Virus record (IMG/VR): IMGVR_UViG_3300028844_006787
Direction: 5' to 3' (one strand)
Source of the DNA: a virus
Lineage: Duplodnaviria; Caudoviricetes
DNA: 64,000 bases
The position numbers and the translations under genes were made by a program. Below, piece by piece: positions 49,801 to 55,256 of this stretch. Position 1 is the stretch's first letter; each line of letters opens with the position of its first letter. The notes below the pieces were generated by a model. The model saw only the letters and a program-made list of their open reading frames with translations, was not told where the DNA came from and did not search any database.

Positions 49801-51099
49801 TGTTTCAAGTGTACCATCGTCTAATTTGTTTCCAGTAAAGGATAATAATTTACCATTGGCATTTGCAATATAACCATCAACAACACGACCTCCTAGTGTT
49901 CCTTGTTCAGCAGGAACTTGATTCATTAAACGCAGTGAAAGTTCTTGTATAATATTATTTTTTAAATTTTCTGTGTATATTACATTGAATCTCCATGAAA
50001 TCGTACCTGTTTCACTATCAACTATATCTGCTAGTCCATTTGTGTATTGATGTTTAAAATATAATAAATGATTTGACCATTCTTCTGCTTCACTTAATGT
50101 AACAATTTTAGATTGTGCTTCGTTTTCAATCCCCTCAATCGGATGACCACCACCAACAACCAATTTAAGTGGAAGTGATGTATCAGACAAATACAAATCA
50201 AGTTGTTCGGATAAATCATACAGATTTCTAATTTCTTCACTTACATTTTCATATTCGGTTCTAAGTATTTTATATCCCTCGGCAGGTAAATTATATAAAT
50301 CTGGATATAATTCTCTGATAACAAATTCATCGATTGGAGCATTTTTAATAAATTCTTCATATAATATATCAGTTTGAAAATTATATGCATAAACCGTGAA
50401 ATTAAATATTCTTGCGTAGTTTATTTTTGAGTTATCATCAACTCCCAATGATTGATCATTTTTTAAAATTTCACCAATTTTTACTAATGCTCGCAATGCA
50501 CCATACCCCGCACCTTCGTGACCACCGTATAATGCAACTTGTCGTTTTTCTCCGTGTATTTCAGGATAATTTTGTAATTCATCAAATATAACATCCGTAA
50601 CAAACTCTTCTAGCATTCTTTCTGTATAATTTTGTGTAGGTTGTTCCTGTTCTTCCACAAGTGTTTTAATGGTATTTGTATACCATCGTGTTTCTTTATC
50701 ACGAATAAACAAAACATCCGTATCAATTTCATTAAAATTCCATTTTTGGATTTGCCCGAGTGCATTATCTTTGAGTTGCTCACCCGATAAAAATCTTGAA
50801 AATGATTGTGAAAAACTTATATTAGTTTCATCTATTGAATCTACATTATATGTTTCAAGTGCATCAACAAACGGTGACTTATCAGGTTCAATATTATCTT
50901 CAAATTTTTCACACGGAGAGAATACAATCAAGAAATTCTTAGAACGAACAATCTCATTAGAATTACTCTTCGGTTTTGCATAATACATTACTGCATCCGC
51001 ATCTAATGGCAAAACACTTGGCTCTACTGAAGTATCACCGTAAAGTGTTCGTTTTAGTTCTGCTAAATTTCCAAAAATTTGTTTTATATCACTCTTCAT
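34873..51099 (-). CDS. giant 5408-aa multidomain protein (FN3/Ig-like modules, FG-GAP-like propeller segments, DxDxD motifs); putative virion fibre/adhesion protein
   Basis: uninterrupted 16.2-kb ORF; repeated P..P..L...W...Y....Y...V.A modules; FGSEVSISTNGNTITINAPG; DTDKDEVAD, DTDNDSVAD; GRVVDGYIANA..TTD..G..GGTD..TG. Confidence 0.85.
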   Translation of the reverse strand: MKSDIKQIFGNLAELKRTLYGDTSVEPSVLPLDADAVMYYAKPKSNSNEIVRSKNFLIVFSPCEKFEDNIEPDKSPFVDALETYNVDSIDETNISFSQSFSRFLSGEQLKDNALGQIQKWNFNEIDTDVLFIRDKETRWYTNTIKTLVEEQEQPTQNYTERMLEEFVTDVIFDELQNYPEIHGEKRQVALYGGHEGAGYGALRALVKIGEILKNDQSLGVDDNSKINYARIFNFTVYAYNFQTDILYEEFIKNAPIDEFVIRELYPDLYNLPAEGYKILRTEYENVSEEIRNLYDLSEQLDLYLSDTSLPLKLVVGGGHPIEGIENEAQSKIVTLSEAEEWSNHLLYFKHQYTNGLADIVDSETGTISWRFNVIYTENLKNNIIQELSLRLMNQVPAEQGTLGGRVVDGYIANANGKLLSFTGNKLDDGTLETNEVTTFTTDDAGRWSITLGIEEIPTTYKIEFVGGTDILTGEEYKGTLTSIGTLDIGPDATILSNENVNISPISTIKSKLLENVSGVKLSTKGWVTEDNDNINRIIENAFGLTEDEVNSDYIHAQNPKALKANLKLNLVKNVVTSLFNDEVDESNKITHDDFISGYAKTLFTESFSSLQEDGNITNSVTDGLGTVIETIADKTSVSEDVIDSVISSSQSVALTAMSGMDDVSNFSSKQASSDEFISNNFLISAKKLGEVNNRVTKLLGVQVYKSAESDTHILDQLSLDLESIKNTDFTIDNSAIVSVYGHAEKIIKITLDNRDQNPWDPVFHIDDPLDDSNFLYYEYVFLTKHKDASFENYDNNVWVGETDQDLNLEYGSPFDDLPMANGTPIISKTRNKIIKLPRIIRENKEHPAEIYAEDDYKLKCVPYVRRVTKDRYSKFVKFVPTDVYSKLYYSPITRYQGDDSEGTQTSNFKQFNFNLTGMFIYPGIEVNKVANDVEINWSHKVYELSNLHLKIQKWKFDFYLQTDDGTTYEEIPRHTELVESANIKQELNSYDQSILEYSYKINWMHRDLIVGYYKLVISATDSYSENHKINADDLTTAKYDFMAESTLRLSAKSQIDKIWENNINQKNPLGTAKLNPKLRFSENDPTKQVFGSLEIQTPLHDEFHSIEYSIRTINTGNSKEKVGDAQGWDVMNYQSFYETMQLDIDVEKVIISRTELLNYFSEQGINAADEIGVHTYEFEIPAITNEIYLLNNDTAKQNEIYYYILDSYLKLGENGAIESELEEGDNGDGIIAYDFRTLPDLVVDNVKYNNESDKYEIQLSESSFMFVVGNQSSYANPHDISKAPFVRWSDPLYGILGTSRTNEFSISVNNEEYKSITPSLDGVFTIDTIPSLSPMYIKLRYSSSNPYISDETLVLNIDVDVSEIKFHKVKNTAKEDANYYSAFNYSEVGNTETDLYLEWDDVKLTYKRLPKNKEINNFSAFNPILKYRIQFNDDDPFIVSSNKLNISEYLKDKSNIVGEYEIKVSATDENESQSREFTYNLNIQSDDNHNTSVVFGKGLGLEPLASETGGDFEFQWHFKEGNYVVNNSNRLKHYELFLDGEKLTRTIRRADPEDLKLGSFNYQDVELDYFEKNSVNTYTLQVDESGHHTFKVVGVLEAGIKTAEVSHMVNVKLELPAQPSGLDLQDIEEYTASDNGDVDTLSNGKIPFEKIPSISWTEDTDEETPVTHYRISLGSFTLESEKDNFNTDTTGTLSYDFATASEAPILEADNTYTISIIAINQLNVESDPAMLNFDVYYTSEQLLEIETATRNLLTDDGLNEELVVIRDGYFPPSIQIPTTHKYPSVTDSSSAPQDVTMLVTMDNPVSEYQVPTKSYVENDSNFKSHGRYYRLLTFNGSIGNPKWGVSKKPESFKNSSWQRTTKVSPNTKLLVGKTSSKFVVKLQPLDATRIKKYAKNPSSYKSGKYLFEIEKHDYRKSSGNLEYIEGEQSLNIGSNSGFGQEVLKYDFESPNKLDDFNVCISADIVSTHTYKQEFDIVVGESCADGSFRKIHEKVFGKDDDYTNGTAEYVDEPKTIMQTRTWTVFGKTNSHTSEVTNPNFSIGMPRTFPYSEVITRYNNERPNSKGSPVFAGYKFRSAVKYAISKNYKDFICVATQGGRPVVITLIDERAPKGKFAIYNKTEENKWPKHKTIPYDSSLIGGEKLGVVVNFSGNAEKVILGARSFIRSANSQSMNDIYTTNPSFAKNSDTPQNRRIDSTFSSINENGYAEKKEWVLYSNDVVKYYKIYAKTQITDEWYLIKEGSFEEIIQSTELKRFPSFRDKSYSSKWEFDFAEVGKIKIINKRKPNKFTYQEMIMVKEYTDYSLNHRKIIKFCSGQFPNLTLSDEQIKYRKDLGYSPIAKVYDKTSDIYKNITWGSFTTTDSSYDANAVFEPHTTHPSKEKTPPKICARKIVSNYTGDTVAVSIHTDEIIERYNREDIAYLKVFVNTGDGYIQKGQGISYLDCNEHGDFDISGDGNILVVSANKLTTKDCVKVFNYDAESDMWILNPQNEISMESADRTIYSPISEFTDLDGIKRKSYLFGSEVSISTNGNTITINAPGARRLWINSRCNISGGVFIYEYNSSISRYKKIPTPFSSFLNAFEDIITENFDRYVKDMKQRMRKLGYSSDKYTKDSIFNIIEAYLGLNLGGVIEWQDSNTSTRDTGPNVPTKVWYYDDIDLAAVETYGFAPGIPVKPNNFIKTKAPLEVVSIKDRDNSQILPKNQFYRVVSNFDTTDDSFVSYSINEETYEVDYADLSHLFILIKVVVEGSTEKEFLVKRTDRVDKWELVLPEAEITNYDDNVPPFEPVFKSNLINYTANKTPTWQWNPVNKKVNNTDIVQTLLEEGAEYNYYLNDNSDTASVTTTTDLEFTPTDYLDVGKHTLYLSAKDVVGNESGQVTYDIQVVGVNNLIVDGIKYFGTDSPEEITAYGETWYVSPSNLLDITWNKLADNIANDYKTIYYRVVLYKPEEVYLDEELVFESQLFTDNNFTMHYKVPMGYYKIGVGVVAIDENDNTLNSDYVYFMVKTNEQAIPHNRSCLPFNLKVLDTSDTEISNQVSIRKHNGSIIANHPTDATNPHPWYFHKPIYYATVSNAKDKQVKSFKVTLAIADEWLPSNQTTESDSIVSVSLFKVVHGDNTSGVEEDKYHGSFLGKISVGNNITDDGLNDGFTTGDNASEYITDGIMYFNGRERTDGLNYVSTTDYDSEKNYKYSLTNKIRFVDVEIPNCNLDAGIYEIHVKVANSSGETYDYPIGDLSNTYFYDQSTKQQVSNYNELYNEAFNNKLVVDYDVTRLVLKNTSNTANDIQITVNDDVVADGDSVNLFMGSDIKIDWTDLEPSIDSRSDSLLYPFSYKVRFEEDELEIGLSTPSITKKYQGSLGVNSYYTTSLNTQTNYAQDLLNYEYVLPSNFIREVINASVTTIEVYIDIYHFGGKLGTRTFTINLDSNTVELVEHTDNSSDYQIEIKDNKVELKWAYSLDMTDHSIFKKYKLRLSRSLSSNTQSVEVVHEEEHILEELQHYNSDDAPPETHYYDVFEYIDTYASNTSFVAHNYTLEIDVYTESPTASFTYELASSYPKESVRGILPTQLTYDSDNQTLSWSIDSLSDRNKTNRNLVELFDVSGEGEDITTEKLGEKTFEYDATTDNIREIDLKDHFSLKLGLINIQVTSYLLDNGIHNYSRTSPVITIDCDVETQGFEINNLKQKYTSKINLSATEAFYNTQTYANESFYENGWKLFVSYWKGLYRQENYVKINTNEKPNWTCVDPYQLDTTETDAEFSFTWNALAAAQSYTIKLRTYKITHEFANVLDGNLGKWDNLYWGKHQPTEQDKWMKEHPGYTDECWEDYWCSTGLEVDTSLKKANFSQLSKYEKKFIGIKEYTIDGDETEFKIPSDYINSYIVTDQNTRLFQGNYEITPRNIATHKENLSSKYHWGYITELEIVATRSDGYITQPVYSESLMFGDVKTKINLKDEIYANDKDLMKVNIDFIMHPFYNKTPLQITNRYKIVPIGRDADNFAWITRLSNNFGKQRITRKFANQGVYTLFVESTDNFGNTTEAQSRIVVGSGNKYFNQLSSHDEDDYTEPKTIPKYTGLLSAKYNEYAFAFVSKDEISKRINAYITHHPGLFELELYNKTNTDNSYEYKIGDFIRFNDDYTFELPEHVGSHEQVTTGSGVWVNEDDPMIASPIYYSERTNGVLDNMIDHKNLFNGYKSAINTPHTTRNNQIKNAIGARQKSSGMGDISKYLKSTLVNSGDFTEVIKQKFYIEHEFQTNSKQDVSSHDTSKKYGVIYGVNKTDTETELYVFLNGGCETTLWPPERGHGFKKPNPPSGTGYVVDEYLNQRDSAYTEYKWGPMAGTGGRIKIKISDSGTGANSGLWDVVAPITTEESLEASGLYKDEYATYTDNWIPTDLIRLNENTTLNEIYINDDNQVVELNNNITMQANDIIGLKFKIQGKFVFRVYSTESKGFKLYRLPDDVDATRWVSDPDRIVIQPGYPKHPQIIVDNIDNFTSSSNVYPTWKYSFDKSPGIFSADDPGYDINFQEDTYYERHLLKKNDSGGWDDVTSTLNVESEVSGVTDSDDVLLFKSGNDATDKQIALQNGTYKFTIQTIFKNKDNDSDNRKSTIAESRELTINLDPPANIYSLELTEQGGYEYTPGDNVEIYSNSGEYVSQIEADKVKWKWNLFGFTSEDGHYEVTLKEYIVDLNTTDQNGNPTGEGEFVEILKEEVNSTQFAFDDVKLDSIYKIEVVAVNLQGVSSDEPADDTIRMTDLTPPNSVTNIKFETPTFPVSFGVEQFFNDIPTWSWGAVDDAYEYRIDLEYADAKYDVSELHIGHTNNSLWVKQEDGTYKDPDGSTVDFTDTTYTDADGKEWPEPYNIPTIETGSGWSPPSEDEELLDLRNVKTNSFTPPKSLSRGKFWRIKVTAIDSYGNESNVTNSSGSYHLPHDTDKDEVADFYDYWKSDPTKKYNVSYLESLIPNPGLAPRVGNLVRFIGTAKYILVTQSYEYSVWDDGYNNPEFSVPSPEKPSDALKVQITPESGGWDTFGRMPTYAIVTWVHPTKSHIINLQYGPYTLRGNVETQGAKVDSGGNIISGKFVFVTRTLEEIIPQTPTNLSHNEEKNITTNKKPKFSWTSLDVDTFILKVDDEVVDDPTITKSENNFEYTPSEDLLGIIKFSVIATSETGQESEEVSITLRILKDTDNDSVADDFEYFIYDADDQRTTGELDEYKENSNRIPVIGDIIKLKDKIASPSVDGSKPNKIIREYSKFPYYKIIDIINNNKFVWYDGDDDVNRYFGKGQRTNKKWEIVSTQDQVNETNEIQQIQAMAEEDDNIEPISEEEKVAVVEYEDDPTGTPEVGSIIQFKKPRTRKSVPPGDNYQFKVGDYAKINKELKATVWLITRGSVENEDDPYKYTIPKSWIDNAIISMQKIKE

Positions 51100-51153
51100 G
51101 TTTCCCTAATATGTATTTTAAATAAATATTATTATTGTGTAATTTATTTAGTT

Positions 51154-54100
51154 TTATGTCCTTAATGTTTGGTAAGAAAAAAGTTGTTCACCATTCTCAT
51201 TTAATTCAATATAATAAGATGATTCAGACTCTGATGTAAATAGTCCACTTTTAATTGCCAAGTATTTTTTATCACCTGTTAATGTCAATAATACAATGTT
51301 CGCATATGTACCACTTTCGAATTGTTTTTCATCGTTACCAAGACTTTTTAAACTTATCGTCTGATTAAACTTTATGATATCACCAATAATTGGAACATAG
51401 TCCTCGTCAACCACTTTTTCTTCAAATGCTTCATCATACTTACTTTTAGTTTCAGGATCACTAAGAGATTCATTCAATGTATCTGCTTGTTCCACACGAC
51501 TCAATAAGAACCACTTACGCCCTCGGTCGGAATAATCGACAACAAGATTTTTAATTCCATCATATTGTGTTTCATACCTAAAAATTGCAATTGCATCTGT
51601 TGTTTCTGTAAGTGTAACGTAAACTGGGTTATGTGAACTAGCACTTACCCAATATGAGTGATCGTTTATAGAAGGGAAATTGTAACCACTTTGAATTTTA
51701 ATTAAATCACCCCTCTCTGGGAATTTAATATTATCCTCATACCACTTTGATTGATCTGCAAGATCCTCGTTGGTAAAGATTGTTTCTGCATCGTCTGGAA
51801 ATGCATCATCACTGTCAAGTATTCCATCCCCGTCACTATCTTGATCAATTGTATATTCTGCATCTACAATATGCTCTACACTTAATAAATCATTGCTAAC
51901 ATTTTTAGTAAATATTTTAAATTTATGAGTTCCGAGTGCAAGATCATTAATTAAAGTATAATATACAGTGTCACCGTTGGTTACTTCTGTATAAAGTGTA
52001 AGATTATTTAATTCACTATACGCATTTCTATTCACACTATGTGTTACTACAAATTTACTTTTTAATTGTTCTTGTGTTAAATCATCGTTGTCGTAATTCT
52101 CAATAATAGTTTGATTAGTTTGATCCCAGTCACTTCCATTGAATTTCCACATTAATTTTAAAGTAGCATTTCCACTTTTTTTACGTTCACTATTATATTC
52201 GGATTCATTTAATAACTTAGAATATAAACTTGAGTCGGTGACTCCAACAGGTACCCGTAAAGTTGGACTACCTATAATTTGCCACTTAGATCCTCTACTC
52301 AATAGATCCCCATCATATTCTACACCAAGATAACTAAATCTAAATTTATCGTTACGTTCAAGTGATTTTACAAATGCATAATAAACATGAGTACTATTTG
52401 TTAAACTTGGATTCGGTGAAATTGTGACACTCTTCCAGTTGGTAGGACTAAATACTGCCCAATCACTTAGTATTTCTATAACATCATATTCCTCCAATTC
52501 CTTATGTTCTAATTTTATAGTTTCATTTTTAAGATAACTTTCTTTGAAGGTGAAAGTTTTGTTGTGAGAAAAATATTCGTTTGCATCTAATACTCCGTCT
52601 TTATCAGTATCTTCCACCAAGTAAATCATAGATTCAACTGCACTTGATTCGTTTTCTGCATTGTCCATCGCAACTATTGATACTTTATATAAGTTATTAG
52701 ATTCTAACTGAAAACTTATTCTTTGCGTTCTAACAATCGTTGGAGTTCCTACAACTTCATATTCATCATTGTCATTTGTATTTTCTAGCACAAAGTGATT
52801 TGCAATATGAGAACCCGATGCTTTGATGTTTATTTTTTTACTTAATGTACACCTCCACTTTGAAGCATTTGAAAACCAAGACCATGTATATTCATTGCTA
52901 TTTGCAATGTTCGCAGTTGTAATTGGTGTGTATTCTGCTTGTTGTAATCCTATGTGTGTATTTGCAGTATCATTTTTTATTACCGAAACCACACGATACC
53001 GTGTACTAACATTTGATGTGCTTCCAAGTTGTGATTCGGTCAAAATACTAAATTTTGAACTCGCAAGACCAACAATTGTTCCTATTTCAGGATTCGTGGA
53101 TTCAGTTGCAAATTCAGATATATTCTGCAATTCTATATTCTTATTTATTACAATACCATCTGCATTTTTAGAAAAAATATAACCAAAAATAGTTGTTTCA
53201 TTAACCTCGGTGTTACTTGAAAGTTTAGTATATTTTAAAGACGATGTATCATAATAAATCGTATCATTTTCATTATATTCTTCTAAGTTTTCAATTAACT
53301 CAGAACTTAATACACTTACAAATTCATTTGAGTTTGACTTATAGTGTACACTCTTGCTTTGCCAATTCTCTCCATCTATTTTCAAATCCGTAATACTATT
53401 TGGTGCAGATGTATCTACTATTTTAACTTTTGAGGTTGCAGAATTTCCATACACTCCTTGGGTGTTTTTTGCTTTTACAATTATTTCGTAAGTTTCTCCC
53501 TCAACCGGAGAGTTGACACTAAATATATTATGTTTTAAGTTAAAGAAATTTTCTTGTCTAGTAACATTAGCAATACTTGTAATATTTACGATGACATCAA
53601 ATTTTACATTATTTATTTGATTCCATGTCCAAACTAAAGGTTTTCTATGGTTCTCTTCACCCGAAAAATATTTAGTTACACGTATTAATTCACGTGATCC
53701 GTTTTCAAATGATTCTTCTAGGTATTCAATGTCAATATTTGCATCAAAATTCTTTGGGTCTACTTGAATTATATCTCCGTCAGAATTTATTGTATGTCTA
53801 TTATTCACCACTGAAATAATTGGTGTAGTTGGTGTTGGTACATTTATTTCAAATTCTACATATCTAAAATCAGATTCACGATTCTCTAAAGGTGAATTCA
53901 TTACAAACACTGCTTTTACTCCAAATCTATATTTTCCATTAATTAATGGTCGGTCATCGGCTGTCGTGAAAGTAATAACTGTATCTTGATCTAGAAAATC
54001 ATATTCTCCAGAATCTGATGTTTGTGTTTGATCAACTAACTCACTCTCATAAATATCGTAAGCATCCGGATGTTCATCCCACATACTAGATTGTTCATTA

Positions 54101-55239
54101 TACTCTTGAAATACTCCAACATATTTCCATTCTTTTATCGACCCACTATCTAATTCAGTTGGTGTATTCGCAATTGCAAATTTAAAACTCGGAAATAAAT
54201 TATTTACACCTGATGTTATTCTATTATATGCTATAACAGGCATTAAACTCGGAGTCGATACCATGCTAGGTTCTTTTTGCAAAGCATTAAATTTCGCAGA
54301 TGCTACCACCTCGGTATTTGGATCAACCGTAGTTAAATCAGTCGCAGGTATCTCAACCATTTCGGAAAAACCATACTCTTCGTTAAACACCATTACATAA
54401 AAATTATCATTCTGTTTATTGTAAATTTTATATATTTGGTTAGCATTTAAAGTAACAGATATACCTTCAATTTTGGTATATTTTTTTGCAGAAAAGTTTT
54501 CAATATCGGTATCATCGTCTTCCTCTGCAACAACATTATATGATTCCGTTGAGTTCATTTTAATATACGAACCAATTGGTAATGAATTATAGGTTGCGTA
54601 TCTATCTTCTATCCAAGTATCGACATCCGCAGATTCCTCAATACTATTCTTTTTCAATAAAGTGTATTTTGTTGGTGAAATTGGTTTTTGATTTTCAGGA
54701 TCTATTTTTAATTTAATTGCAAATCCTTTTTTTCCGATAAGTTTACCATAGTTTCCGTTTTTTGGTTTGTCGGTTGCACCTGAATAGTCGTATTTATTTC
54801 CATGATTTACCCAAACATAAATTTCGTTTACCAATCCACTTGTTTCATTTCTATCAACATGAAAAATAATTCCATATTTTTGAATATGTTGTTCATCTAT
54901 CACCAAACTAGGATCAATAGTCTGATTGTGTTTGGCCGCACTTTTTAATTTGTATGTAGTTACTTTTTTTGTTGTTTTTTTATTTGGGTTTGCGTAATTG
55001 AAATCACTTTCACTATAATATTCCCAGTACTTATGTCTTGCCCTATTCTTCACACTTTGTGCTTTAGCATAGTAAGATGCACGGCACGACCAATCCCACC
55101 ATACCGTATGGCATTTTGGTTTTTTTCCGGCATACCAATACCTCATATATGTGTTATATGTATTTACCTGTCGTAGGTAAAGGTTACGTCTCCATCCATG
55201 CCAGTTTCCTCCCCCATGATATAAAATCAATATGCTCAT
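51154..55239 (-). CDS. 1361-aa protein colinear with the C-terminal quarter of the 5408-aa protein
   Basis: KYGIIFHV vs KYGVIYGV, NGKYRF vs NGTYKF, DTDKDGVLD vs DTDKDEVAD, DSDGDGILDSDDAFP. Confidence 0.85.
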   Translation of the reverse strand: MSILILYHGGGNWHGWRRNLYLRQVNTYNTYMRYWYAGKKPKCHTVWWDWSCRASYYAKAQSVKNRARHKYWEYYSESDFNYANPNKKTTKKVTTYKLKSAAKHNQTIDPSLVIDEQHIQKYGIIFHVDRNETSGLVNEIYVWVNHGNKYDYSGATDKPKNGNYGKLIGKKGFAIKLKIDPENQKPISPTKYTLLKKNSIEESADVDTWIEDRYATYNSLPIGSYIKMNSTESYNVVAEEDDDTDIENFSAKKYTKIEGISVTLNANQIYKIYNKQNDNFYVMVFNEEYGFSEMVEIPATDLTTVDPNTEVVASAKFNALQKEPSMVSTPSLMPVIAYNRITSGVNNLFPSFKFAIANTPTELDSGSIKEWKYVGVFQEYNEQSSMWDEHPDAYDIYESELVDQTQTSDSGEYDFLDQDTVITFTTADDRPLINGKYRFGVKAVFVMNSPLENRESDFRYVEFEINVPTPTTPIISVVNNRHTINSDGDIIQVDPKNFDANIDIEYLEESFENGSRELIRVTKYFSGEENHRKPLVWTWNQINNVKFDVIVNITSIANVTRQENFFNLKHNIFSVNSPVEGETYEIIVKAKNTQGVYGNSATSKVKIVDTSAPNSITDLKIDGENWQSKSVHYKSNSNEFVSVLSSELIENLEEYNENDTIYYDTSSLKYTKLSSNTEVNETTIFGYIFSKNADGIVINKNIELQNISEFATESTNPEIGTIVGLASSKFSILTESQLGSTSNVSTRYRVVSVIKNDTANTHIGLQQAEYTPITTANIANSNEYTWSWFSNASKWRCTLSKKINIKASGSHIANHFVLENTNDNDEYEVVGTPTIVRTQRISFQLESNNLYKVSIVAMDNAENESSAVESMIYLVEDTDKDGVLDANEYFSHNKTFTFKESYLKNETIKLEHKELEEYDVIEILSDWAVFSPTNWKSVTISPNPSLTNSTHVYYAFVKSLERNDKFRFSYLGVEYDGDLLSRGSKWQIIGSPTLRVPVGVTDSSLYSKLLNESEYNSERKKSGNATLKLMWKFNGSDWDQTNQTIIENYDNDDLTQEQLKSKFVVTHSVNRNAYSELNNLTLYTEVTNGDTVYYTLINDLALGTHKFKIFTKNVSNDLLSVEHIVDAEYTIDQDSDGDGILDSDDAFPDDAETIFTNEDLADQSKWYEDNIKFPERGDLIKIQSGYNFPSINDHSYWVSASSHNPVYVTLTETTDAIAIFRYETQYDGIKNLVVDYSDRGRKWFLLSRVEQADTLNESLSDPETKSKYDEAFEEKVVDEDYVPIIGDIIKFNQTISLKSLGNDEKQFESGTYANIVLLTLTGDKKYLAIKSGLFTSESESSYYIELNENGEQLFSYQTLRT

Positions 55240-55256
55240 TTTAATTCATTCTCCAT

